Part shown: piece by piece, positions 1 to 13,400 of the stretch
Position numbering within the stretch: position 1 is the first letter of the stretch
Layout of the letters: each line of letters opens with the position of its first letter
Origin: Podarcis vaucheri
Taxonomy: Eukaryota
DNA: 64,000 bases
Strand: one strand, 5' to 3'
Assembly (NCBI GenBank): GCA_965113315.1
Contig: OZ220366.1
Notes under the pieces: model-generated
What the model was told of the DNA's origin: nothing
The model's input: only the letters and a program-made list of their open reading frames with translations
The model's database searches: none
Position numbers and translations under genes: made by a program

Positions 1-1747
1 CTTTAGTATTTAAAATTTGCTATTTTAAATAGTGTATATGCTGTATTTCAAGTTTGTATTTTTAGATGTGAGCTCCTCTGTGGAGCATGTTTTCAAAATG
101 TGGATTATAAATCCTTTGAGTGAATAAATATGCTGTTGACTTTCCACTGTATTGGTCTATCCCAGGCCGGAGGTAGTGCAGTGTTGCTTCTTCCATCCTT
201 AGGATACCAGTGCAATAGCCCAGTGGAAATACTGCTTGTGTGCTTGCTGCATGGAAAACATTTCTTGATTTTAGTGTGCAACTGTGTATAATTGTACCTT
301 TAAGTTCCGATGAATTCAGACTTGCAAGATTAGGTCTTATAAAGAAGTAATTTTAATTTGGGTTGCTACTGTTTTGTTCAGCAAGCATATGTAGATGGCT
401 AAGCTGAATGCCAATTATGATATCTGAAATTATTCAGCAATGATGTGTGCACAGCTTGATTCCCATATCTAAATTTCTACACTCTGCTATTATTGATCTC
501 TTCATTCAAGATTTGTGGTCAGATTGCAGGTGCCCAAGCCACTGTGTCACTCACAGGAGAGACGCGTGGCTTGGGTACGCTGCAGGCCCCATGTTAAGTG
601 CTGCCCCTGCAGTGTGGCGCCCAATGCTCCCCTAGCTACGCCTCTGCATAGTGAAAGGAGAGTACATACACATCCAACATCACAAAAAACTCACATTTGG
701 GGTTCTAATAATTTGTGTTATTGTAAGGCTGTCATTGTGCAGCCCCATTTGGAGGATTACTAGTACTGCATTACAATCCTGGATTTGCATGCAGAATGAG
801 GTGGGGAGCAAAAAAGAAGGCAGTTTGCACAATAGCAGTCACCATGACAGAAAGGGGTGAAGGTGAAAATGGAGGTGCAATGGGGGTTGTAAAAAAACAA
901 GGGAGTGAGAGGTATGGTAAAGCTGCTGAAGATTAAAGCAGGGGCATGAAAGGGTTTGAAGAAAAGAAGGGGGTGGTAGCTTCATGATGGGATGCAAGGT
1001 AAAAGTGTATGGGAAGAGGAAGATGCAGGAGTTACCATGGTGGTGGTTTGTGTGCAAGAGGGTGCACAAAGGCAGTGGGGAGATGAAGGTGAAAATGGGT
1101 GCAAAAGGGAACCTCAGAAGTGAAGGGGAAAGTGGCTTCAGAAATGGGTGTGGGAAGGTGGAAAGTGATCATAGTAATTGCATGGGGTAGGAAGGGGGTG
1201 CTCTAAGGGCAAGTGGAGTGAGCAGAGGTGCAACCCCTAGTGAAATATAAAGCGGCAAAATGCTTAACAGTTTTTCTAAAGTGCATTTTGCAGGTCATAT
1301 ATCCTAGAGACGACCCCACTGAAAAGTCAAATCTATTATAAGATAAGTCTCATTGGATAATGTTAAGGGGCAAAATGCTTAGTAGTAAGGAGTTGCTCAA
1401 GTTCCTAATTTAGTGTTTGAATGCCATAGTATTGTGTTGTTTTGTGCAATCAGCTTTTTACTGTGGAAATCATTTTGGTGTGAACATGTCTATTTGCTAT
1501 CAAGGTAAGAGACTCATCAGAAAAGAACTCCAAGTGAATAGAAAATTAGGAAAAAATATAATTATGAAACCAGTTTAATGTATCAGTTGAGACTTCAGTT
1601 ACTTGTAGTAAATTGTGATTGAAGTACCATAACTCTTATAAATATGAAATCAGTTACCCAGTCCTTCCTGGCAAATTAAAAAACAGCTCGTTAGCTGAGG
1701 AAATTCCTCACCCTAGAACCAGCCCAGGGGTTTTAATCTCTTACGGT

Positions 1748-1891
1748 CAGTGCTTTTTTTCTAAAAAAATGTTTAGGGGTGCTCGCATTTTCCTACTCAT
1801 TGAAATACTGCCTCTCAATGAGGCCAAACTTAGATTCACAAAATGTTTAGGGGTATGTGTACCCCGGCGTCCCGCCATAAAAAAAGCATTG
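1748..1891. mobile_element. hAT MITE (CAGTGCTTTTTTT family)
   Basis: TIR CAGTGCTTTTTTT / AAAAAAAGCATTG; TSD CTTACGGT/CTTATGGT. Confidence 0.75.
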
Positions 1892-3208
1892 CTTATGGTA
1901 GCCAGCAACTTTTTGAAATTACCATTTGAAATTGTACACTAAGGATTGCAAGATTTCTTCCAAAGTTGTCCCCAGGGTAGACTGCCGAAAATAGAGGAGC
2001 TGCTAACAAAATAGATTGCAATTCCTTTGGGAATCTCTTCTCTCATGATCTTACGTGTCTCCATTACATTCTCTAATCCAGTATGAGGTAGTAAATGAAA
2101 GGCTACTTCCTGAGAACTTAGGCATGTATATATATTTTTAAACAGAGCCCTATCTGTCCCAAAATTGATTTGTTTGAAGTACATTTCCAGAACAAAACTT
2201 AAAACTGGGGCATTTGCTTCACATATCTTTCTGGTTAATGAGCTAACAGCATGAATAAGATATGTGTAAAACCAGTAGACACAGTAGCTCTGATGGCTAC
2301 TTTCTATCGCTAAAGTTTGAGAACTTTCAGGACCATGCTTGGTCAACAGGTTGAGAAACAAGCTCATGAGAGCCACAGATTATATTTTGCACGTTGATGG
2401 ATACAGATGAAAGCAGCCTGATAGCAATGGTGCTGGACAATGAAGCTTCCTGGTGTATGAAAAGCTTGAGAGCCTCTGTTGCAAGAGCTGTTTGTTGTTG
2501 ACAACCTGTATTTTATGTAGATTGTTTCCATATGACTTTCTTGTGGCTCTTTGTGGCTCCAAATTTGACAACATTCTGCTTGTTGCCCACTCCTATCCCC
2601 ATTGAATGTGTGTGTGCAGGGTGGGGAGTGAGTTTTCAAAGGAATGATAAGTTTTTGCTTGCTTTCTATGCTATTTTGCTTGCCTAGGGAAGAAAAATGG
2701 AGGCTTCTCTGCTTGTTGCTGAAAATGCATATGAAAATAAGCAAAGGAAGATAAACCTGACCATCAGAAATTCTTCAGGTGAAACTTCTCCCAGCATAGT
2801 TGCAGTTAGTAATTTGGGAACAAATTATGCTCTTCTAATGTAAAAAGTCTCCATGTTGCGTCTCCTGCATGTTTTCTGCAGTATCTGATGCATCATGTGA
2901 GTGATCTTCGCATTTTTAGTGCACAGATTATATATCTTCACAATGTATATCCTCAAGGGCTGTGTATGCCTGCATCTGTGTGCTGATTCACACATTTAAA
3001 CTGGCTGCTTATTTCATTCATAGGGACTTTGTGAACCAGATTGTACACCAAGCTTTACAATGTACACAGATATAATATGTAGCAGGAGAAAAAGTGTCCC
3101 TGTAGTAGGAGAAACGACTGGTGCCAGGCTGTATTTTTGTGCAGCCCAGTTTACACAGGTTGTGCTGCATCAACTTTCCCAAACCTGTTCCTGCAACATG
3201 CTTTAGAC

Positions 3209-3344
3209 CAGGCATCCCCAAACTTGGCCCTCCAGCTGTTTTGGGACTACAATTCCCATCATCCATGACCACTGGTCCTGTTGGCTAGGGACGATGGGAA
3301 TTGCAGTCCTAAAACAGTTGGAGGGCTGAGTCTGGAGATGCCTG
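3209..3344. mobile_element. short palindromic hAT MITE
   Basis: CAGGCATC...GATGCCTG; perfect 8-bp TSD CTTTAGAC. Confidence 0.8.
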
Positions 3345-4395
3345 CTTTAGACTCTTAACACCCATCCATCATCCCTCACCACTGGTCATGATGGCTGGGA
3401 CTGATAGCAGTTGTACTCCAAAACATTGTAGGGCATCACATTAGGGAAAGTTGCTTGACATGTGTATGAAAGAAAAGAAGCAGCTCACTATACCAAATTC
3501 CTAATGGGGCCTAGTAATATCATCCACAATGATGATGTGGAGGAGTCTATCCCTTTTGGGATTTCTGGCTTGCTGAACTCAATGCTTTCTTTGGCATACA
3601 AAGAGACACCACCTCTGTGTAGCATATACACAAGAGGAAAACTATATGTGTTCTATATGAGAAATGCCAGGCGTTTTTAGTTGCTATTCCTTGTTGCAGC
3701 CACCGAAAAATATATGTGTCCTATGTGAGAGATTCCATTTATTTTTAAAATTATCATAATTGTTCCTTAGTGCAGCTACTAGATGATTTTCAACTTTCTT
3801 TATAACCTCCAAATGTAAAAAGAGATCTAACTTCAGGGTATGTGCCATCTGGTCTTGTGACTACGACCAGTATCAAATATTCCTTACGAGGGAATATTAT
3901 GAAAAACAAAAATTTTCACAGTGGGTTTGCATTGTTCATTGTCCTGCATTCTTTTGTCGTATATCCCTTTCGACACTTTTATATTTGCTAGTGAAACCAC
4001 TATATGGTATTCATATATAAAATTTTGGTCATTTATTTTGTGCCACTAACTTGTGATTTTAGTTGCGTGTTTGTTGTGCAACTCTTTATTGTAATAAAGA
4101 GCAAGATCAAGTGGCCAACCATATTGCATTTATCACCTTTTCTGGCAAATATGATTTAATAGTCACCTTGGCTGCTTTTGTCAAAAAGGGTTTGAGAACA
4201 TTCCTGAGATCTTGTAGGTTGGTATAGCAAATACATGTGATTGCACTCTCAATCCCCTCTGCCCCTATTCTGCTGCTGCATATACAGATGTCAGTTATGT
4301 AATTTGTATTTGATAACATCCTGTAAAAATACTAACCTTTTTGGATTTCCCCCCTAAGGTATGATGATTTGACTTTATAAGAACCCTAAGTAACC

Positions 4396-4446
4396 ATGAT
4401 GGCAACGCAGACATTAAGTATAGACAACTATCAAGATGGGCAACAA
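4396..4446 (+). CDS. PKNOX1: PKNOX1 first coding exon
   Basis: ATG at 4396, MMATQTLSIDNYQDGQQ, followed by GTAAG; acceptor upstream at 4358. Confidence 0.92.
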
Positions 4447-7400
4447 GTAAGAACATTTTTAAATAAAAAATGAAAATGTGAAGTGCACCATAGTAGGTAA
4501 AAAGAATATGTTAAATAATTATGGTGTCCAAGACATAAAACTACTTCTGTCCGATCTATATTACTTTTCATCTGCTGTTATTTCAATATGGTACCTAAGT
4601 CATGCCACTGGCTTGCCCTTTGCCCATTTTCTAGTGCTCTTTAGCTGTTTCCTAGAAAGGTAGGAAACAACGGAATTTTCAGAAGCAAAAATTATTTAGG
4701 ATTGATTCCTTTATATTATTATTATTATTATTATTACATTTATCAGTCGCTTTATACAATCAAAATTCTTGAAGTGACTTGCCAAGGTAAAATGCATGAA
4801 AGCAGTTCAAAACCAGAAGAAATATAAAACTATGAACAATACAAAGCATACATAAATTGCTTATCTAGCATTATATTAATAAGGACAAGTCCTACCTACC
4901 CCACTCAAAGCTAAGCATCACCATAGGAGGTAATATTAATTAACCAAAGATCCGGATAAAGAAAAAGGACTTAGCATGGTGCCTAAAGATTAATGAGAAA
5001 GACTCTAGGCATCTGTTCCTGGGGAGAGCATACCACAGAGCATGCGAGAATAGGCCCAGCACAGCCTATTATGACTGAGACAATGCCCCAGGGAGTCGGA
5101 CAAAGATAGCTCCCATCACTTGTTACCTGATGCTTTTAACCGGCAGTGCTGGGATCTTCTGCATGCGGTGCATGTGTTCAGCCACTAAGCTTCTGCTCTA
5201 AACTTGCTGAACCAGGTTTTATTTTGTTTTGTCATTTAGCCCCTCTCTCTCGCACACGTATACACAAATATTATTTTGTGAAATATTGCCTAAACGTTGC
5301 TATCAAACTTGAACTTCTTTAGCTGCTTGGGTTGTCAACCATATAATGTTGTACTTAACTATGTGGTATTTTGACTGTTAGCAATTATTTTGTTGAATAA
5401 ATAAGGGGTGGGGGTGGGGAGAAGTGTCTAGGCACCTGATGAGGTTATGTTGTCTTTTTTTACTTTAAGGAAAATATCACAGCATGTGGCCATAAACAAA
5501 TTTCTAGGTGATTCTTGAGAGGCTTTTTTTCTGTATACAGTACTTCTGATTTTACAGAGGAAGTGACTATTGTACTGTTCCTTGAAATTTGTAAACTAAT
5601 TACAATGCAATCATGTATATTATATATGTTCAGTTGTAAGTCCTGTTGAGGTAAGAGTGCATAGGATTCCATCCTCAGTTTACTTTTGATTTTATATATG
5701 CTTGGGTTTGTTCAGCAACTCCAGAAAAAGCACCCAAATAGCTCCTTCTTGCATTCGTTTGGCATTGCTCTTAATGGTTTCACGACTTACTTAGCTATCT
5801 CTTAATTTTTCAAATCGTTCAGCTCGTTACAAGATGGGTAATAGCATTTAAACATAATGTTCACTTTGTTCAAATTGTGAAGCAGTAGTCCTATCCAGGT
5901 CTTCCACAGCAGTACAAGGGCATTGTGCAGAGCTGCAGCTAGGAGTTACTAGTATCTCCCCAGATTTCACGGACAGAAGGAAATATTGTGACCATAGTCC
6001 TACAGTTAGATTGTTTTATTGCCCTTACTAATTAGTCTAATTCATAATAAACTGCAACATCCTATCAAAAAGTAGATATACCGTATTTTTCGCCCTATAG
6101 GACGCACTTTTCACCCTCCAAAAATGAAGGGGAAATGTGGGTGCGTCCTATGGGGCGAATGCAGGCTTTCGCTGAAGCCTGGAGAGCGAGAGTGGTAGGT
6201 GCGCACCGACCCCTCTTGCTCTCCAGGCTTCGCGGACCTCTCGGCAAGCAGCAGGAACGCTCCCGCTGCTTAGGGAGAGTTGCTTGCATCCCGAAGCCTG
6301 CGCGCGCTGAGATCAGCGCGTCCAGGCTTCGCGGATCTCTCCTCAAGCAGCAGGAACGCTCCCGCGGCTTGGGGAGAGTTGCCGGCATCCCGAAGCCTGC
6401 GCGTCCAGGCTTCGCGGATCTCTCCTCAAGCAGCGGGAACGCTCCCGCTGCTTGGGGAGAGTTGCTGGCATCCCGAAGCCTGCGCGCTGATCTCAGCGCG
6501 TTCAGGCTTCGCGGACCTCTTCTCAAGCAGCGGGCGCCACCGCTGGGCTCCCACGGCTTGCAGAGAGCTGCCTGTTTGGGGGCTGGGGTCGGGGGAAGCT
6601 CGGGCTGCCCCAGCCCCGCGCCTGGGGGGGAAATAATTTTTTCCCCTTTATTTCCCCCCCAAAAAAACTAGGTGCGTCTTATGGGACGGTGCGTCCTATA
6701 GGGCGAAAAATACGGTATTAGATCTTTCTCGTATTTTTTCCACAAACTATTTAACATATATACAAAAGTCCTTATTTATATTCAGTACAGAACAAACAGT
6801 GAAACATTTAATTTTTAATATTGAAACACCTAAAAATAAAGCTATAAGCTTTTCATACAATAATTGTGAAATGGTCCCTCCTTTGCAATATCTCTGAAGA
6901 ATTATATGCACTCCAGTGCCCAAAATAAAGCCTGAAATCTTAAACATTCTTAATTAGAAATGAGCTCTATTGAGTTTTCAAGTAAATGTGTAGCATACAG
7001 AATTATTTTTAATCATAATTTCTGTTTGCAAATGACACTTTGCCTATTGCAGATGTTTTCAAGGTCTGCTTTCTTAAAGTGATTTTTGTTGAAGCAGTGT
7101 ATGTGTAGCTTTATCCAAAAATAGCTGGCTTATGAAACGCAGGATTCTGTAACAGACAATTGACTAAAAGAAACCTACTAATGGAAGTCAAACTTGTAGT
7201 GACCTTTCCACTATCTTCCTGCCTCCAAATGTTGCAAGGATTAAATGAGTTGTTTGTTAAATGCTTGTTCTTTTTGTGTGGTTGCCAAGTCATACCAACC
7301 TTCTGGCAACTTACTAGGCCTTTGGCTTTCTCTTTGCTTAGAAAATGAACCATTTAGTTGTGAATCTATGCTGTTGGCAATATAAAGCATCTTTCTTTTC

Positions 7401-10400
7401 CAGCAGATGCAAGTAGTAACAGAATTAAAAACTGAGCAGGATCCAAACTGCTTGGAAGCAGATGCAGGAGGATTGAGTCCTTCCCCGGTAGAGTCCCAGA
7501 CTCCGATGGATGCAGATAAGCAGGCTATTTACAGGTAGCAGTATTCACAAGATGAGCTGTTTCTAGCAGTAAAATTCTCTTTGGTCATGGGTGGTTCTCA
7601 AATCATGGGGTGGTGCTTGTGTGTGCAGGAGACATGGAACATGTGGAAGGGGGCACACACTGTTCTAGACATGATAAGATCTTGAGGCTGATGCATCTTT
7701 CCCCCCTCACCAGCCAAGTCATGGGTGGGAGTGGGGTTCTCTAGAATATCCTCATTAGATTTGTAGGGGCAACTGCTCCCCCATTCATTGACTTGGGAAA
7801 AGGTGCTACTTTGAACTAATGCTGTTTTCCTATTTGTGGTTTTAGGAGGTGTCAAATATAACTTGTTCAGTTTTCCCTTCCTAATACCAGTATTGAATTA
7901 GTGCCTAGACCAAAGTTTGTTCCACATATCAGTGCAGCTGGGGAGGTTGGGGGACTCAGAAAGTAGAATAAGCTTAGAAGAGGAGGCCTAAGCTTAAATC
8001 AGCCAGTGTATTGTAATTTGTCAAGAAGTTCATACATTTGGGGTTTTCTAATTACTGTGAGATGGTTAATACATGTTTTCATGCTTAAGACTGAAATCTA
8101 TACATTTACAAGAGACTAAGCCCTATTGAGGACAGAAGGCTTGTGCAGTAAGTTCTGCTGACTTCTGTTGGCGTTGAACATACTTAAGTGTTCAGGATTG
8201 TGACCTGCGTCTCAGGGCAAAGCTTTTTATTGTCTTTGTATTTAGTTATATATATTTGTCTAAACTTGCTTTCTGTTAGAGCTACATCGTTACAATCTAA
8301 GAAAATAAAGAATGGCATCCCTACTAGATTATTTTTTATTTTAAAACATACAATTGTATTAAATTTCAGGCTTTTTAGGGTCTTTATTTGAGCAAAGCTT
8401 AATAAAAATGTAAGTGAGACCCAATAGTACAAGCTACCCATCAGTATCATTTACATCAAACTGTGGGATGACATTGATATTTAAATGATTCTATAATTAG
8501 CAGTATTTGATCCATGCTAAAAAGAAGAGCAAATAAGGGAGATCACAGTATATTCAGTTCTGATCCTAGCATAGTAATTTCTAATGTAACTTTATTACAT
8601 TAAATGTAATACTAATGTAATAATCTAAAATAATAGGATTGTATGTATGCAATGTCCAGATTGCTCAGAATTTTTCATCAAACTAACTTGCACATAGATA
8701 TTTCCACAAACCTACAATTTGCTTGTCTTTTTATTCCTAGACATCCACTGTTCCCCTTATTAGCACTATTATTTGAAAAATGTGAACAATCCACACAAGG
8801 CTCAGAAGGCACAACGTCTGCAAGTTTTGATGTAGATATTGAAAACTTTGTTAGGAAGCAGGAGAAGGAAGGAAAACCATTTTTTTGTGAAGATCCGGAA
8901 ACAGATAATCTAGTAAGTAAAAACATTTTAGATAAGATTTCAATTTATTTATAAAATCTTTATATTTGAAAAAAGTAAATTGATACTGAGAAAACTGAAT
9001 TGTGAAATGTCAACTTAAAGAAGTTGAAATTTACAGCCCTTGGTAGCAGCAGACATTCCCTGTCAGTATTACTGACAGAAGCTCCTCCATCACATAGCAA
9101 ATTATCAACTTGGCTAGCTTCTTTTTTTAGATAGTTGTTTGTTTGTAGTTAATCTGTCTGCTTCATGAGACTCTTTTGACATATCAATATGTTTTCCAGT
9201 GAGTCAGATGTTCTTATTTGTAGGGTTTTGGTTGTTTGCATTTAATTTGCTGTCCTCCTCCACTACTTCCTCAATTCTTTCCATTCTCCTCCTCTCTCCC
9301 CATCCACCCAGCTGGGATTTGTGGTTTACATCTCAACAAACCATTTGATTTAATATGGTTGCTTGAAAGAACCCTGATTGGCTCTTTGCTGTGCATGTAG
9401 TTCCTTAAGTGGAAACTTCATGATATTTTGTGCTTGCTGATTCTGGCAATTGAGGTGCTGCCTGAATATTGAGCTTATCTCCAGAGGCTCTTCTCCTGGT
9501 GCCACTGCCTTCTGATATGGGGCAGGTAGTGACCAGGCAAAGAACCCATTCAGAGATGCAGTCTGCTTATTGAACTCTCTCCTTTGTGTGAACATCCATT
9601 TGTGGAATATGGCTTATACCAGGGGTGTAGGAAGTGGGGGTGCGGGGGAGGGTGCGAACCACCCTGGGTGTCATCCCTGAGGGGGTGATAAAATGGCACA
9701 CCACGGGGGAGGGCACTTACCACAGGGCCTGGCCTGCAGTGCGCCCAGGCCACGCGTCTCTCCTGGAAGTGACGTGGTGGCTCTGGGCTGCGCATTGCCT
9801 GAAATGGCAGCGTGGGACTTGCGCCCGCCAGGCAGACTCCGTGGGCAGCTCACTGTGCCTCCCCCCTGGGCAGATCGCCACCCAGCGCCCCTGGGTGGAT
9901 CACCTCGCTCCCGCCGCTCCGAGTGCCGGAGCAGCTAGCTACGCCCCTGGCTTCTACTTTCCTCTATCCTTCCACACAGCCTCAAAATCCGCTCAAGATT
10001 CTTGGGGTGCGTGGGCAGCTGCAGTGGATAAAGATGAGAAACCAGAAGTCCTGTTGTGCAAGTGGATTTTCATTGTGCTCTTTGTGATTCCTTTTTACTC
10101 AGAGCTTTTATTCTTTTATGCCTTTTCTGCTTTTAGTGTTGATTACTCCTGATTATTTCCCACTTTTTCGTCTGCCACTGATTGTAGATTGCATCATCTT
10201 GTAATTTTATGTTTTAATTATTGTATTTTTATTCCGTAAGTGTAAGCCACTCTGAGGCTGCATTTTCTTAACAAGTAAAATAAATTGAGTGGTTGGCTTT
10301 GTGCCAAATGCACATCTGATTGTACTTGAGTTGACACTTGAAGATAATGCATATTGCTATTTCTGATCAGCTCAACTACTTATCATAAGGAAGTTGGGTA

Positions 10401-13400
10401 TGTGAAAATCTCTCCATGTTGTTCATTTGAAACTTGTAGCCTTGTTCAAGAAGAAAAATGGAAAAGGTGGGCTAAATAGGAGGGCTGCATCATACATGAT
10501 AATCTGCACAAATCAGATCTGTGTAGAAAAATGCATTTATATAGCCTATACATGCTGTGGGCAGTCCCCAGCTTTGTGCAAGCAATTAACAGTGTACATA
10601 GTTTCCTACATTGAGACAATATCTGGGTAGGAGAAAGCAACAATAATTATAAACCGCCCTGTTGAAAATAAGCAAAAAAGTAGCTCAAACATATATTGAA
10701 CAACTTAGCACACTGTAAATGACATATGCAAATGTTTGTTTTCATTGGTTTTTTACTTGTCTCTGAATTCTTTCTCTTTTCCCTCTTTTAGATGGTAAAG
10801 GCAATTCAGGTTCTACGAATTCATCTGCTTGAGCTAGAAAAAGTTAATGAGCTCTGTAAGGATTTCTGTAGTCGCTATATTGCCTGTCTGAAAACGAAAA
10901 TGAACAGTGAAACTCTGCTAAGTGGAGAATCTGGGAGTCCTTATTCACCTGTACAACCCCAGGTACCTTTCATGCTAACTGAAATATATTTTCTTTATTT
11001 GATTTATAATCTACATTATCCCAAAGACTCAGGATAGGTAAGATTAGTTTTTAAAACAAACAAAGAGCAGATAAAATATAAATTACTATGTTAATATTGG
11101 TTGAATTTGTAAACCATGCAATTTACAAATAGATGATCTGTGACTGGCAAGCTAGCAGTTTTTAAGGTTTTGTGATATTGTTAAGATTATAAGATCTCCC
11201 TTTTTCTTAGTAGTCACGTACATGGAAATGTAATTCTTAAAGAATGATCATAATCTATCAACTCTTTGTCTGCAGTCCAGCAACTTTAAACATGATAGAG
11301 ATAGCTTGGATTTGCTGGAGCAGCTGTCTTCATGGAAAGAGTCACCAGAAAATGTGAGCAGTAGAGCAAAAATGACACGATTATCATTGCACCTCTTTGG
11401 CACTACCTCCTTAGCCTAATTTGGGGGTTGGCTTTGTTCATCTCATTGTAGATAATGGCCCCATCCCAGCAAGTGGTGATTTGTATGTAGAAATAGGGTT
11501 CTGTGATTGCTCTCTCATCACATACACAAGGCTTCAGGACATAAAATAAAGCTCCTCACATCCCACAGCCTGCATTCCATGCACATAAGGGCCCAAAAGC
11601 TGTGTTATACGAATTCAGATCTCTTGGACTCAGAATTGTTTGCTCTGTTTGGCAGAGTCTGTTATAAGGCCTCAGGTACCTGATACTTTATATCCTTTCA
11701 TGGAGATACCAGACTTTAAGCCTGGAACCATTTGGAAAATATTTACTCTACCACCGAGCTATGGGCCCTCCTATACATAACACCTATAATGAAAAATGTG
11801 TCCATGCAGGCACTCTGTTTTGTTTAATTTATTGGAAAGTGTAAAAAATCAACTGCTACACAGAAGTATTATATTTTTTTAAATTGAATTGCTAGTAACT
11901 GGAGGAACAGAAGTTGGTAGATAATTTCGTATCTTGCTCATTCCCTATCTTTTCCTTGAACATAAGTCAAAATGCCATCAGAATTGCTATAATTTCAGAG
12001 CACACCTCTCAAAACTTTAGCATATGGCTACATTCACCATTCATACCATGAGAGCTCTCCTCCTAGAAGCCAGTCAGACAACATCTGCTCACAAGTTCCA
12101 TGGCATAAATTAAGTTTACCACGATTAGTATTGAGATACTGGTGTATGTTTTTGAACTTCTTCATTGTGTTTCATTACATCCATCATGCCAGCCCCATGT
12201 CAATGTACTAATTGTAAATTGCATTGTCATCTAGACTTACCTGTAGATTTGGCTGATACCTCAATAAATCAGATAAATTTTAAGTTGGCAAAAGATCCAA
12301 AAAGTTCAAATTTTAAGTGCTTGAAACTTTACATTTCCTGTGGAAAACAATGAACTATTGACCATGTTTAATTGTGAGGATTCATGCATTTTTCTAGCAT
12401 CAACTTTAGAAGGGCTAGAATTTCATCCCCAACAATACAGTGTTATATATATTCTGACTGTACATGTGGTTGCCATATTTTTTTACTTATAACACAATTC
12501 TAAACAAGTCTATTCTGAAGTCCCAATGAGTTCAGTAAGATGTACTTCCAGGTAATAGGGTTGCAGCCATAAGCATATTTGCATAACCTTTTTTTAAAGA
12601 AACGTTGGGATATTCTAAATTGTTGTAGAATAACAATTCCTAAGTATGTAGTGCATTGACTAAAATTTATCAATTGTCTCTTTTACAAGCACTTTGATTA
12701 CAGTAGCATGTGACTAGCCTAATATTAAACGGGATAAGCACTGTCAGCTGGGTTACTTCTGATCCAGAATTTGCATATATGTTCTATATTCTGATAGGTG
12801 GTTCAATGTGGAGAAGAAAACCCACACTTGGAAAACCAAATATAAATGCAACATACTGTCAAACTGAAATATCTAGGTTATTTACCACCTCCTTTCATTG
12901 AATTTCCTTCTCATACTAGTTTCATCACTGTTTTTGATCATACTGGTTGGTAGTGATGACATCATCATTATCCTCATCGGGTTTATGTTTTGAACATCTC
13001 ATATTTGGTACAGTACCATTTCAACTTAAAGTGACAGGAGCATCCTTTGTTATAAGTTCATGTAATTTTTGTTGTTTACTATTTCTAGCCAATTCAAAGT
13101 GCCATCACAGGTACGCTCAGTCCCCAGGGGATTATGGTACCTGCATCAGCCTTGCAGCAGGGAAATGTAACTATGGCAACCGTTGCAGGTAGGAAGCACT
13201 GAATAAAAATGCAAACACTGCACTCATCGTAGATGTAGTTTGTGTCTGTTAAGTGACTAAGAAAAGGAATTCTTGAGATTTTTTGATTACTATGTTTATA
13301 TGCCGCCTTTCTGCCTGTGCAGTCAAGGTCATTTACAATTTAAAATAATGGCATATAAGCAGGTTGGCATGGTATAAAAAATGGGATGGGGAGGATGGGG

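Noticed and set aside
6095-6671. 143-178 aa ORFs on both strands
   Set aside because: By-product of GC-rich tandem repeats inside a MITE
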